Shown here: positions 9,813 through 19,668 of the stretch, one piece after another
Numbering within the stretch: position 1 is the stretch's first letter
How the letters are laid out: every line of letters starts with the position of its first letter
Assembly (NCBI GenBank): GCA_964291655.2
Contig: OZ219801.1
Coordinates: forward strand, 384,001-448,000
DNA: 64,000 bases
Reading direction: 5' to 3'
From: Chloroflexota bacterium
Lineage (GTDB): Bacteria > Chloroflexota > UBA11872 > VXOZ01
Position numbers and translations under genes: made by a program
The notes under the pieces: model-generated
What the model was told of the DNA's origin: nothing
Databases searched by the model: none
What the model saw: the letters and a program-made list of their open reading frames with translations, nothing else

Positions 9813-10724
9813 ATGTGCGGCATAATAGGCTTTCTGGATAAGGCTGGCGAGGGGGCCGCGCCGGTTGGCAACACGGTGCTCACTATGCTCAATGCCTTGG
9901 CGTGCCGCGGCCCGGACTCTGCGGGTGTCGCGCTCTATACCGGCGCAAGCAACGGACATACCGTGCTGCGCGTTAAGTTGGGCGAGAATGGCACCTTTGA
10001 GGGACGCCGCGAGAACATCACCGAGCGCGTACAAACTCTGGGCGAAATACATGGTGAGTCAACCACGGAAGAGTACCTTCGCCTTGAGTTAGACTTTCAG
10101 GGCGATCCCCGTGAGCTCAGCGCGCTTATCGAGTCAGAGGCAGAAAACGTCGAAGTCGTAAGCATGGGCAATGCCTTGGAAATCGTCAAGCAGGTAGGTA
10201 CTCCGGAAAATCTCGAGCAGACTCACGGTGTCTCGCGCATCACCGGCACTCACGGTATCGGTCATACGCGCCTCTCCACTGAATCACGCGTAGACCTGAG
10301 TCATTCGCAGCCATTCTGGGCACACGGCATGCCTGACCTCGCGGTGGTCCACAATGGGCACATCACCAATTACCACAACTTGCGCAGGCTCTATGAGCAG
10401 CACGGCGTACGGTTCTATACGGAAAACGACTCTGAAGTCATCGGTGTCTACCTGGCAGACCGCATATCGCAAGGCATGTCCCTCAAAGAGGCGCTCACTG
10501 CCTCCTTGTACGACCTGGACGGCTCCTTTAGCTATCTGGCAGCGACTCAGCATGAGCTGGGATTTGCCAAAGACCGCTTCGCCCTCAAACCGCTCCTCTT
10601 TACCGAAACGGACGACTCCGTTGTGGTCGCCACCGAGGAGATCGCAATTGAGAATGCGTTCCCGGGCATAGGCGGTGTGCGTGAGGCACAAGCGAAGGAA
10701 ATACAGGTATGGCAGTTGAACTAG
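9813..10724 (+). CDS. mgsA: N-methylglutamate synthase subunit A (class II glutamine amidotransferase, GlxB-like)
   Basis: N-terminal MCGIIG, RGPDSAG, GHTRLSTES, VHNGHITN, TENDSE; context with GXGXG and FMN subunits. Confidence 0.85.
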   Translation: MCGIIGFLDKAGEGAAPVGNTVLTMLNALACRGPDSAGVALYTGASNGHTVLRVKLGENGTFEGRRENITERVQTLGEIHGESTTEEYLRLELDFQGDPRELSALIESEAENVEVVSMGNALEIVKQVGTPENLEQTHGVSRITGTHGIGHTRLSTESRVDLSHSQPFWAHGMPDLAVVHNGHITNYHNLRRLYEQHGVRFYTENDSEVIGVYLADRISQGMSLKEALTASLYDLDGSFSYLAATQHELGFAKDRFALKPLLFTETDDSVVVATEEIAIENAFPGIGGVREAQAKEIQVWQLN

Positions 10725-11422
10725 ATTGCTCCGGCAAGACTATCCGCCAGATCAACACTGCCATCAAAGCGCACATTGCCAGCGGAGAAGAAGAGGTCTT
10801 GGTACGCAATCCCGGCGCCCGGCACAACCTCGGTGTCGCGCTGCTCCAGCCCTCGACCGTAACTTTCGACGGTAGCGTAGGCTACTTCTGCGGCGGCTTA
10901 ATGGATGGCGCCACGGTGGAAGTCAATGGGAGCACCGGCTGGGGCCTGGCGGAGTCAATGCTCTCCGGCACAGTCACGGTCCGCGGCAGCGCCGGCAACG
11001 GAGCGGCAGCGACAATTCGCGGCGGCACCGTAGTTATACACAAACATGCGGCGGCGCGGGCCGGCGTGGCTATGAAGGGCGGCCTCCTGTTGATTGGCGG
11101 GAACTGCGGCTACATGGCCGGTTTCATGGGACAGCGGGGTACCATAGTCGTTTGCGGCGACGCGGGCGATGCCTTTGCAGACTCTATGTATGAGACCAAG
11201 TGCTATGTGGGCGGCAAGATTGGCGAATTGGGCAACGATGCCGTTATAGAGAACCTAAGTTCGGAAGACACTGCGTTTCTCGAAACCACCTTCGCCGCGC
11301 ATCTTCCCGACCGCTTGGCCGATCTGACTACGCGCTTGGCGGACTTCAAGAAGATCGTCTCCGGTCGCCGCCTGTGGAACTTCGACAAGACCGACTGGGA
11401 CGTTTGGCAGCAGGTGGTCTAA
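10709..11422 (+). CDS. mgsB: N-methylglutamate synthase subunit B (GXGXG / GltB C-terminal-like, GlxC)
   Basis: Repeated Gly-rich beta-helix motifs, GSVGYFCGG, SGRRLWNF C-terminal motif. Confidence 0.85.
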   Translation: MAVELDCSGKTIRQINTAIKAHIASGEEEVLVRNPGARHNLGVALLQPSTVTFDGSVGYFCGGLMDGATVEVNGSTGWGLAESMLSGTVTVRGSAGNGAAATIRGGTVVIHKHAAARAGVAMKGGLLLIGGNCGYMAGFMGQRGTIVVCGDAGDAFADSMYETKCYVGGKIGELGNDAVIENLSSEDTAFLETTFAAHLPDRLADLTTRLADFKKIVSGRRLWNFDKTDWDVWQQVV

Positions 11423-11652
11423 CCGAAGACGCTCTAGGTGTTCGCGAGCAATTCTCGCAGCAAAAAGAAACTAGCCCGCTCTTGCGCTTTGTTAGACATG
11501 AGGTTTGGCATTAATCGAGAGCAACCGCAACAAGATCCCACGATCGGGAGCTCCAAGAGCTAATCCATAGACTGGTTTAGGGAACAAGAACAGAAAACAT
11601 TAGCCGCATTCCCATTTGAAACAAGAAATCCTGGTAGGAGGAGCAAGGGACT

Positions 11653-13002
11653 ATGACAGACGGCGAAAACGGCCGCCTGCGACCTAGCGGAACATATACC
11701 CCTGAAGTAATCGCCGAAATTCAAGAGAAGGCGCAACTTGGGCGCTACATCATGCGCGGTTTCGGCACACTGCGGGAGCGCAACTGGTCGACGTTTGACG
11801 ACCTTACTTTCCTCCCTTGCACCTTGACCCGCATACCATTGGAAGGCTATCGCGAGCACTGCTCGACGAAGACCGTCATCGGTAGTCGCTACGCTGAGAA
11901 TCCGATCGAACTCGACATTCCCGTTATGATTACGGGCATGAGTTGGGGCGCGCTATCCTACAACGCCAAAGTAGCGCTGGCGCAGGGCGCGGCTGCCGTC
12001 GGCTCGTCAAACACTACCGGCGACGGCGGCATGTTGGAGGCAGAACGGGAAAACAGTAAGACCCTGGTCTACGAAGTCCTGCCCTCCCGCTACGGGATAA
12101 GTATCCACCACGCACGCGCCGCCGACGCCATTGAGTTGACGATCGGTCAGGGTGCAAAACCGGGCACCGGCGGTCTGCTGCTCGGCTCTAAAGTCTCGGA
12201 CGTAATTGCCGAGCAACGGGATCTCCCTGTCGGTGTGGACCAACGCAGCCCCGCACGCCATCCGGACTTTCTGGGTCCCGATGACATGATTATCAAGGTC
12301 GAAGAACTCCGCGAGGCCACTGACTGGAAAGTGCCGATCTTCATCAAGATGGGCGCGACGCGCGTATTCGACGACGTACGGCTCGCCGCCAAAGCGGGCG
12401 CCGACGCGGTGGTGGTGGACGGCATGGAAGGCGGCACCGGCGCGTCGCCGGAAATGCTGCAGGAACACACGGGCATCCCCACGTTGGCCGCAGTATGCGA
12501 GGCGCGCGCTGCTCTGGAAGACTTGGGCCTCTATGGCGAAGTGCAACTCATCATAGCCGGAGGTATCCGGCACGGCGTGGATGCCGCGAAAGCCCTCGCC
12601 CTTGGCGCGGACGCCGTCTATATTGGTACGTCCGCCCTCATCGCGCTCAATTGTAATAAGTCTCTATACGTAGAAGACTATGAAGCGCTAGGCACGAAAC
12701 CTGGCTTTTGCCACCACTGCCATACGGGTAGATGCCCTGTCGGCATTACGACCCAAGACCCGGAACTCATGAAGCGACTGCCTATCGACGAGGCCGCCGA
12801 GCGGGTCTCCAGCTATCTGCGCGCGATGGTCTCGGAAATGCAGATGCTGGCGCGGGCCTGCGGCAAGGCCGACGTACACGACCTGGACCCGGACGACCTG
12901 CGTGCGCTGACCTCGGAAACCTCGATGATTTGCGGTATCCCCCTCGTCGGCACGAACCGCATCGTCGGCGGCGGACCTGGCTGGGAAGAGCGGGGACACT
13001 AG
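11653..13002 (+). CDS. mgsC: N-methylglutamate synthase subunit C (FMN-binding glutamate synthase family, GlxD)
   Basis: GMSWGALS, TTGDGGM, GQGAKPGTGG, DGMEGGTGA, CHHCHTGRCPVGITTQD. Confidence 0.9.
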   Translation: MTDGENGRLRPSGTYTPEVIAEIQEKAQLGRYIMRGFGTLRERNWSTFDDLTFLPCTLTRIPLEGYREHCSTKTVIGSRYAENPIELDIPVMITGMSWGALSYNAKVALAQGAAAVGSSNTTGDGGMLEAERENSKTLVYEVLPSRYGISIHHARAADAIELTIGQGAKPGTGGLLLGSKVSDVIAEQRDLPVGVDQRSPARHPDFLGPDDMIIKVEELREATDWKVPIFIKMGATRVFDDVRLAAKAGADAVVVDGMEGGTGASPEMLQEHTGIPTLAAVCEARAALEDLGLYGEVQLIIAGGIRHGVDAAKALALGADAVYIGTSALIALNCNKSLYVEDYEALGTKPGFCHHCHTGRCPVGITTQDPELMKRLPIDEAAERVSSYLRAMVSEMQMLARACGKADVHDLDPDDLRALTSETSMICGIPLVGTNRIVGGGPGWEERGH

Positions 13003-13159
13003 CCGGGATGCCCTGCAACTAAGCACCTGAGTCTTTCGCTCATCTTTGGAATACACGTGTGGGTGATTTGAGCGCATTTGTCTTGTGGCCTTCCTCCAAG
13101 TTGGTAGAGACCTTGAGTCCTGAACAGGCCCTTAACCGTCAACCCTGTAAGGTATTTGC

Positions 13160-13420
13160 ATGTCTTTCCTGATTCCGTGTCCCAACTGCGGCAAGCGCAG
13201 CGTCTACGAGTTTCGCTTTGGCGGTGAGGTGAAGTCCCGGCCGGAAGCGGGTTCGAGCGACGAGGCGTGGCTGGGCTATAGTTACGCCACAGGTAACTCC
13301 GAGCGCTCTCAGAAGGAATGGTGGTTCCACACCTACGGCTGCCGCCAGTGGCTCTTTGCCGTGCGCGACACGCTGACGAACGAGGTGACGGGGACGAGTC
13401 TGCCCGAGGAGGAACTGTGA
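13160..13420 (+). CDS. soxD: Sarcosine oxidase / N-methylglutamate dehydrogenase delta subunit
   Basis: CPNCGKR..EF.FGGE, EWWFHTYGCRQW..RDTLTNEV zinc-site motif. Confidence 0.9.
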   Translation: MSFLIPCPNCGKRSVYEFRFGGEVKSRPEAGSSDEAWLGYSYATGNSERSQKEWWFHTYGCRQWLFAVRDTLTNEVTGTSLPEEEL

Positions 13421-16191
13421 GCCGCAATTCTGAATCTCGTCATTCCGGCGAAAGCGGGAATACATCTTCGGCCGCCTCGGATCGTAACGGACATTCCGCC
13501 GTGACTTTCCACTTCGATGGCAAGCCCATCGAAGCCCATCCACAAGATACGGTAGCTTCTGCACTTTACCGTTCCGGACAGCGCATCTTCAGCCGCAGTT
13601 TCAAGTACCATCGCCCGCGCGGCCTGCTGTGCGTTTCGGGTAGGTGTCCCAACTGCATGATAAACGTGGACGGCACGCCCAACGTGCGCGCGTGCACGCA
13701 GCCGGTCCAAGACGGCATGCAGATCACCCACCAGAATGCCTATCCTTCCTTAGAGTCCGACTTCATGGCCGTTGCCGAACGGTTTGCCTGGGCCATGCCC
13801 GTAGGGTTCTATTACAAGACCTTTACGCATCCCTGGATGTGGCACCTTGCAGAACCGCTTATTCGCCGCGCCGCAGGCTTGGGCAAGATTGACCGCGACC
13901 CAAAATCGGATGCCGAACACCCGTATGAGCACGTATTCCTGCATACCGCGACCGCCGTAGTTGGCGGGGGGCCCTTCGGATTGCGGGCTGCCCTTGACGT
14001 GGCAGAGCGGGGCGAAGAAGTGGTTCTGATCGACGATCAGCCGGAGTTGGGCGGTCACACACGCTATACGGGCTCCGGCAACGACAATTCGAGCGCAGTC
14101 TCATTCCCGGAAACCTCATCCGGTGGCCAATCCACTGATGAACTCTCAGCGCTGGTGAAGCGTGTGCATGAGCATCCCAAAGTCACCATCTTCACCGACG
14201 CCACCTGCTTCGGAATCTATGAAGACAATCTGCTGGGTATCGTGCATCAGGGTCCTGGATCCCCGGTAGCCCAGCGTCTCACGCAACTGCGTACTGAACG
14301 CATCGTCGTCGCCACGGGCGCCCATGAAATCCCGTTGTTGTTCGAGAATAACGATGTGCCCGGTGTCATGCTCAGTAGCGGCGTCCAACGCCTCATCGGC
14401 CTGCATGGAGTGAAGCCGGGCGAACGTGCCGTAGTGGTTGGCACGGCAGAAGCAGCGGGATCAGTAAGCGGCGCGCTAGAGGCTGCGGGTACTGCGATTG
14501 TAGGGACTGTCCCCTTGGACCAAGTTGTCAAAGCCGTCGGTCGTAAGCATGTCTCAGGTCTTCAGACTTCCGAGCAGCTACTCGCGTGCGATCTCGTCGT
14601 CATGTGCGGCGATTGGGTGCCGGACGCAGGCCTCGTCGCCCAGGCTGGCGGCAACGTGGCGTGGGATGATGAGCGGGCCGTTTTCGTTACAAGTGACTTG
14701 CCGGATGGTGTCACAGCAGTGGGAGCAGTGACCGGTGAAACGCTGCCTCCTGCTACAACCCTCTTCCAGAATTCCGATTCGAACCCTAAAAAGACATTCG
14801 TTTGCCCCTGTGAGGACGTTTCGCTTCATGACCTGCGTACAGCTATCGATGAAGGCTTCGATCACATCGAAACGCTCAAGCGGTACACCACTACCACGAT
14901 GGGGCCCTGCCAAGGCAAGATGTGTCACCAAGCCGCCATCGGGATCTGCGCGCAGCAGACCGGGCAGACAATACAAGAAACCGGCAGAACAACATCGCGG
15001 CCACCGACATCTCCCGTACCGCTCGGAGCGCTGGCCGGGCCCCACTTACATCCGGTCAAGCGCACACCCATGCATGTCAAGCACGACGAACTCGGCTGTG
15101 TCTGGATGGACATGGGCGAGTGGAAACGTCCGCTCTACTACGGTACGCCGGATAGCAAAAAGGAATCCGTGGAACAAGAGTACTGGGCGGTACGCCAGCG
15201 CGTCGGTCTAATCGACTTGAGCACCCTCGGCAAACTCGACGTCATCGGCCCAGACGCCGGCAAGCTCCTGGACAAGGTCTACACCAATCGCTTTTCCGAT
15301 CTGCGTGTAGGTCGCGCCCGCTACGGCGTTATCTGTGATGAGGCGGGCATTATCCTGGACGACGGCACCGTCTCCCGCCTTGGCGAAGACCATTATTTCA
15401 TTACCACCACCACCGGCAATATCGAGTTCGTGGAGGAGTGGCTGGAGTGGTGGCTCGCAGGCTCCGGCATGTGCGTGCACGTCACGAATGTCACCGGCGG
15501 CATGGGCGCCGTAAACGTGGCCGGTCCCAAGGCCCGTGAAACGCTCGCCAAGCTTACCGACCGGGACCTCAGCAACAAGCGCTTTGGCTACATGCGCTGC
15601 CGCAAAGCCGATGTAGCGGGTGTACCCAGTCTCATGTTGCGCATCGGTTTCGTCGGCGAGACTGGATGGGAGATTCACTTTCCCGCGGAATACGGCGAGC
15701 ACATCTGGGATGCCATCATGGAAACCGGCGCGGAGTTCGATATCCTGCCCTTTGGCGTGGAAACACAACGCGTGCTTCGCCTCGAAAAGAAACACGTGAT
15801 CGTCAGCGTCGATACCGACGCCACGAGCAACCCCATCGAGTCTGACCTGGCCTGGGTAGCAAAACTTGATAAAGAAGACTTCATAGGCAAAGCAGCCATC
15901 AGCCGCGCGAAGGACCGTGCCCCGCGGGAAAGGCTTGTGGGGTTTGTTATGGATGAGAATGTGCTGCCGCCGGACGGTTGCGTGATCATTGCCGACGGTC
16001 AGCCGGCGGGGCGCATCACGAGCGTGCGCTATTCACCGGTGAATGAGAGGATCATAGGCTTGGCCTGGGTTGCCGCAAGCCTTGCGGTCGCCGACCAGAC
16101 AATAGAAGTGCGTGTCGACGGCCGCCCGGTAACGGCCAAGATTAAAGACGAACCATTTTACGATCCCGCGCAGGCGCGACTCCGCCAGTAA
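13417..16191 (+). CDS. soxA: Sarcosine oxidase / N-methylglutamate dehydrogenase alpha subunit (Fe-S, NAD-binding and GcvT-like folate domains)
   Basis: SRSFKYHRPRG, GFYYKTF, VVGGGP.G, CPCEDV...KRYTTTTMGPCQGK, DLSTLGK, RIGFVGETGWE; GTG 13417 overlaps soxD stop, RBS GAGGAGG. Confidence 0.9.
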   Translation: MSRNSESRHSGESGNTSSAASDRNGHSAVTFHFDGKPIEAHPQDTVASALYRSGQRIFSRSFKYHRPRGLLCVSGRCPNCMINVDGTPNVRACTQPVQDGMQITHQNAYPSLESDFMAVAERFAWAMPVGFYYKTFTHPWMWHLAEPLIRRAAGLGKIDRDPKSDAEHPYEHVFLHTATAVVGGGPFGLRAALDVAERGEEVVLIDDQPELGGHTRYTGSGNDNSSAVSFPETSSGGQSTDELSALVKRVHEHPKVTIFTDATCFGIYEDNLLGIVHQGPGSPVAQRLTQLRTERIVVATGAHEIPLLFENNDVPGVMLSSGVQRLIGLHGVKPGERAVVVGTAEAAGSVSGALEAAGTAIVGTVPLDQVVKAVGRKHVSGLQTSEQLLACDLVVMCGDWVPDAGLVAQAGGNVAWDDERAVFVTSDLPDGVTAVGAVTGETLPPATTLFQNSDSNPKKTFVCPCEDVSLHDLRTAIDEGFDHIETLKRYTTTTMGPCQGKMCHQAAIGICAQQTGQTIQETGRTTSRPPTSPVPLGALAGPHLHPVKRTPMHVKHDELGCVWMDMGEWKRPLYYGTPDSKKESVEQEYWAVRQRVGLIDLSTLGKLDVIGPDAGKLLDKVYTNRFSDLRVGRARYGVICDEAGIILDDGTVSRLGEDHYFITTTTGNIEFVEEWLEWWLAGSGMCVHVTNVTGGMGAVNVAGPKARETLAKLTDRDLSNKRFGYMRCRKADVAGVPSLMLRIGFVGETGWEIHFPAEYGEHIWDAIMETGAEFDILPFGVETQRVLRLEKKHVIVSVDTDATSNPIESDLAWVAKLDKEDFIGKAAISRAKDRAPRERLVGFVMDENVLPPDGCVIIADGQPAGRITSVRYSPVNERIIGLAWVAASLAVADQTIEVRVDGRPVTAKIKDEPFYDPAQARLRQ
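13438..13463 (+). repeat. REP-like palindrome CGTCATTCCGGCGAAAGCGGGAATAC inside the soxA 5' end
   Basis: Same family as intergenic copies at 18186-18212 and 19641-19668. Confidence 0.65.
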
Positions 16192-16199
16192 GAGAATCA

Positions 16200-16874
16200 A
16201 TGGAATCACCACTTCGACAATCTCCGCTCCACCATGTTGCCTCCGAATTGGGCGCGACATTTAGCTCCCACCACGGTTGGAACATAGCGACGCAATTCGC
16301 AACGCCGGACGCGGAAGTTGCGGCCCTCAAGAGCGGTGTCGGCATGGCGGACGCGAGTTGGCTGGGCAAGCTGGAACTCAAGGGTCGCCAGCAAGAGTTG
16401 GAATCCATCACAATTGACGCAGGCAAGACATGGCGTCTGGCGCGAGGGCACTACTTTATTGCCTGTGATCCGATGAGCGGAGACGCAGTCATCGAGTCGA
16501 TAGAACGACAGGTTGCAGAGCGAGAAAGCACAGACCCGGCGTGGGCAGGCTGCGTTCACGTGGTAGACGTGACCTCCACCCTTGCGGGCATCCTACTCGC
16601 GGGCCCCCATAGCCGCGACGTGTTGCAGCGGCTGACTGCACCCGATGTTTCCGACTCCGCCTTTGCTAATGGAGCCTGCCTTAGCGCCAAAGTCGCCGGT
16701 CTGCACGCGCGGCTTGTGCGGGACGATCTTGACGCAACGCTGGCCTATGGGCTCTTTGTCGGCACCGAGTACGCCGCCTACGCCTGGGAAGCAATCATGC
16801 ACGCCGGGCATCAGTTCGGCATAGTGCCGGTAGGCCATGAGGCCGCGCAACGCATGCGGGGTGCCAAACCATGA
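16200..16874 (+). CDS. soxG: Sarcosine oxidase / NMG dehydrogenase gamma subunit (GcvT-like)
   Basis: RQSPLH, HVVDVTS...LAGPHSRDVL, YAAYAWEAI; position within the cluster. Confidence 0.8.
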   Translation: MESPLRQSPLHHVASELGATFSSHHGWNIATQFATPDAEVAALKSGVGMADASWLGKLELKGRQQELESITIDAGKTWRLARGHYFIACDPMSGDAVIESIERQVAERESTDPAWAGCVHVVDVTSTLAGILLAGPHSRDVLQRLTAPDVSDSAFANGACLSAKVAGLHARLVRDDLDATLAYGLFVGTEYAAYAWEAIMHAGHQFGIVPVGHEAAQRMRGAKP

Positions 16875-18136
16875 TCCAATTGTTTCGCAAGGAGCGCATG
16901 TGGCGCGCGCATGAACTCAAAAAAAGCTATGACGTCGTCATCATCGGCGCGGGCGTGCACGGTCTGGCTACAGCGTACTACCTGGGCAAGGACCACGGCA
17001 TCACCAACGTAGCTGTCCTGGAAAAGCGCTATCTCGGCGCCGGCAATTCCGGGCGCAACACTGCCATCATCCGTGCAAACTACCGCACGCCGGAAGGCGT
17101 CCCCTTCTTCGCCCGCTCGCTTCAACTGTATGAAGACCTGTCGCGCGAGCTTGAGTGGAACCTGCTTTTCAACCAATGCGGTCATCTGACCCTGGCCCAC
17201 ACGGATTCATCCGTGGACGGGCTGCGCGTGCGTGCCGAGACCAACCAGATCATGGGCGTGGACAGCCGCGTCATCTATCCGGAAGAAATTCAGAAGCTCG
17301 TCCCCGCGCTCGACATGAGCGACCGACCGCGCTTACCCGTGATGGCGGCGCTCTATCACCCGCCGGGCGGCATCATTCGTCATGACGCCGTGGTGTGGGG
17401 CTACGCGCGAGCGTGCGACCGCATGGGCATCGAGATTCACCCATTCACTGAGGCGACGAGCATTGGCATTGACGGCTCAACCGCGAGTGACCACGCCAAT
17501 GAACCCCAGCACCTCGGTACGCCGGAGGGCAAAATAACTAGCGTTGAGACTACCAATGGGAGCATTGCCACAGGCACCGTGATAAATTGCGCTGCCGGTT
17601 GGGCCACAGTGGTCTCTCGGATGGCCGGTGTTCCCCTGCCCATCGTGACTCAACCTTTGCAGGCCTGTGTCACAGAGCCGCTCAAGCCATTCCTCGACAA
17701 GGTGATAGTCTCGGCCAATCTGCACGTGTACGTCAGTCAAACCGACCGAGGCGATTGCGTCATGGGAGCAGAGGTTGATCCACTTCAGTCCTACAGCATG
17801 CAGGGCACGCTCCCTACGTTGGAACAAATGGCCACCTACACCTTGGAGCTCTTTCCACAATTGCACAGTGTGAGCGTCCTGCGGCAATGGGCCGGAATCT
17901 GCGATATGACTCCCGACTTTTCGCCCATCATCGGCGGAGTCGAAGGCTTGGAAGGCTATCATCTGGACGTGGGCTGGGGTACGTACGGGTTTAAGGCCGG
18001 CCCTGTTGCCGGGAAATACCTGGCGGAACTCATCGCAACAGGTCAGACGCCCGAGCTGATCGAGCCATTCCGGCTCTCGCGCTTCCGTGAAGAGGCGCTG
18101 GTCGGTGAAAAAGCCGCAGCGGCAGTTTCGCATTAG
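16871..18136 (+). CDS. soxB: Sarcosine oxidase / NMG dehydrogenase beta subunit (FAD)
   Basis: LKKSYDVVIIGAGVHGLATAYYL, GNSGRNTAIIRANY, RHDAVVWGYAR, GWGTYGFKA, C-terminal AAAVSH. Confidence 0.92.
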   Translation: MIQLFRKERMWRAHELKKSYDVVIIGAGVHGLATAYYLGKDHGITNVAVLEKRYLGAGNSGRNTAIIRANYRTPEGVPFFARSLQLYEDLSRELEWNLLFNQCGHLTLAHTDSSVDGLRVRAETNQIMGVDSRVIYPEEIQKLVPALDMSDRPRLPVMAALYHPPGGIIRHDAVVWGYARACDRMGIEIHPFTEATSIGIDGSTASDHANEPQHLGTPEGKITSVETTNGSIATGTVINCAAGWATVVSRMAGVPLPIVTQPLQACVTEPLKPFLDKVIVSANLHVYVSQTDRGDCVMGAEVDPLQSYSMQGTLPTLEQMATYTLELFPQLHSVSVLRQWAGICDMTPDFSPIIGGVEGLEGYHLDVGWGTYGFKAGPVAGKYLAELIATGQTPELIEPFRLSRFREEALVGEKAAAAVSH

Positions 18137-18185
18137 CACGTGCGCTACTTGTGTATCATGTAGACACAGATCAACGAACACAGCC

Positions 18186-18212
18186 CGTCATTCCGGCTTT
18201 CGCCAGTATCCA
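18186..18212 (+). repeat. REP-like palindrome (GTCATTCC family), degenerate
   Basis: CGTCATTCCGGCTTTCGCCAGTATCCA in the soxB-gmaS intergenic region. Confidence 0.55.
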
Positions 18213-18288
18213 GCGATGGGTGGGGATTAGACTGGTTACTGTATCAGCAACTCTTGGAAACGGTAATTGCACGTAAGGAGGCACACCC

Positions 18289-19623
18289 ATGACAATCGAC
18301 GAGGTCAAATCTCTGATTGCAGAGCGCGGCATCAAGTTCTTTCTCTGCTCGTACGTGGAGATGAGCGGCGCGCCTAAAGCAAAATTGATCCCGGCTACGC
18401 ACATCGATGACATGGCGGACGGCAGCGCCGGCTTCGCCGGCTTCGCTGCCGGCGACATGGGGCAGAGTCCCCACGATCCCGACATGCTCTGTCATCCTGA
18501 TTTCAATTCGACACTTGTCCTGCCGTGGCGGCCGGACATCGCCTGGGTATCGGGCAACATCCACGTCAACGACGTGCCTTGGCATTACGGGCCCCGCTCG
18601 ATCCTAGAGCAGCAGTTAGCGAAAGCGGAGCAGGCGGGCTATCTCATGAACGTGGGCACTGAAGCCGAGTTCATGCTGCTCAAGCAAGACGAGCACGGCG
18701 GCTATGCTCCCTGGGACGCGCTCGATACGCTCGACAAGCCCTGCTATGACGTGCGCGCTTTGTACCGGAACCTTGACGTCATCACGACCCTGGTTGGTCA
18801 TATGCAAGACCTGGGCTGGGAGCCCTATGCTTCCGACCATGAAGACGCTACTTGCCAGTTTGAACTCAACTGGCTCTACTCCGACGCAATGACCACCGCA
18901 GACCGCCACACCTTCTTCCGCTGGATGGTTAAGACGGTCGCCGAGGAAAACAGCCTGACCGCCACGTTCATGCCGAAGCCGTTCCAAGACCTCACCGGCA
19001 ACGGCGCGCACTGCCACGTGAGTCTCTGGGATAACGACAACACGACGAACCTCTTCCTGGATGAAGACGACGAAAACGGCCTTTCGCAGCTTGCGTATTG
19101 GTTCACCGGCGGCGTCCTACACCATGCCCGCGCGCTTACGGCGGTGACCTGTCCCATCGTAAACAGCTACAAGCGCCTAATCCGCGGCCAGCCGCGCTCC
19201 GGCGCTACCTGGGCGCCGGTGTACGGCACCTACGGCGGCTCCAACCGTACCCAGATGATCCGCATCCCCGATCCGGGACGTATCGAAAACCGCATCGTGG
19301 ACGGCGCGACCAATCCCTATCTTGCGTACACGGTATTGCTCGCCGCCGGCCTCGACGGCATTGCCAACAAGATTGATCCCGGCGTGCGCAACGACGACAA
19401 TCTCTACGAGCTTTCGGAAGAGGAACTTCACCGCCGCGGCATTACGTTCCTGCCCACCAGCCTCCCCGAGGCGCTTGACGAACTCGACAAGGACGACGTG
19501 ATCAAAGAGGCGCTGGGCCGCGAGTACGCCGATTACTTCATCGCGGTCAAGCGCGATGAATGGAACCGCTACCACCTCAGCGTGAGCCAGTGGGAATTGG
19601 ATAACTACATCGGCGTGTTCTAG
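18289..19623 (+). CDS. gmaS: Gamma-glutamylmethylamide synthetase (GlnT-type glutamine synthetase family)
   Basis: AKLIPA...GFAGFA, KPCYD, DHEDA.CQFE.NW, FMPKPF..TGNG.H, SGATWAP, NRTQMIRIP are GlnT/GmaS signatures; adjacent to mgs and mgd genes. Confidence 0.85.
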   Translation: MTIDEVKSLIAERGIKFFLCSYVEMSGAPKAKLIPATHIDDMADGSAGFAGFAAGDMGQSPHDPDMLCHPDFNSTLVLPWRPDIAWVSGNIHVNDVPWHYGPRSILEQQLAKAEQAGYLMNVGTEAEFMLLKQDEHGGYAPWDALDTLDKPCYDVRALYRNLDVITTLVGHMQDLGWEPYASDHEDATCQFELNWLYSDAMTTADRHTFFRWMVKTVAEENSLTATFMPKPFQDLTGNGAHCHVSLWDNDNTTNLFLDEDDENGLSQLAYWFTGGVLHHARALTAVTCPIVNSYKRLIRGQPRSGATWAPVYGTYGGSNRTQMIRIPDPGRIENRIVDGATNPYLAYTVLLAAGLDGIANKIDPGVRNDDNLYELSEEELHRRGITFLPTSLPEALDELDKDDVIKEALGREYADYFIAVKRDEWNRYHLSVSQWELDNYIGVF

Positions 19624-19640
19624 GCTGTGTGGGCATTTTG

Positions 19641-19668
19641 CCGTCATTCCCGTGAAAACGGGAATCCA
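19641..19668 (+). repeat. REP-like palindrome CCGTCATTCCCGTGAAAACGGGAATCCA
   Basis: Hairpin ATTCCCGT/ACGGGAAT downstream of gmaS. Confidence 0.7.

Noticed and set aside
18289-19623. Canonical glutamine synthetase GlnA
   Set aside because: GlnT/GmaS-type motifs (GFAGFA, KPCYD, SGATWAP) and the mgs/mgd context favour gamma-glutamylmethylamide synthetase.
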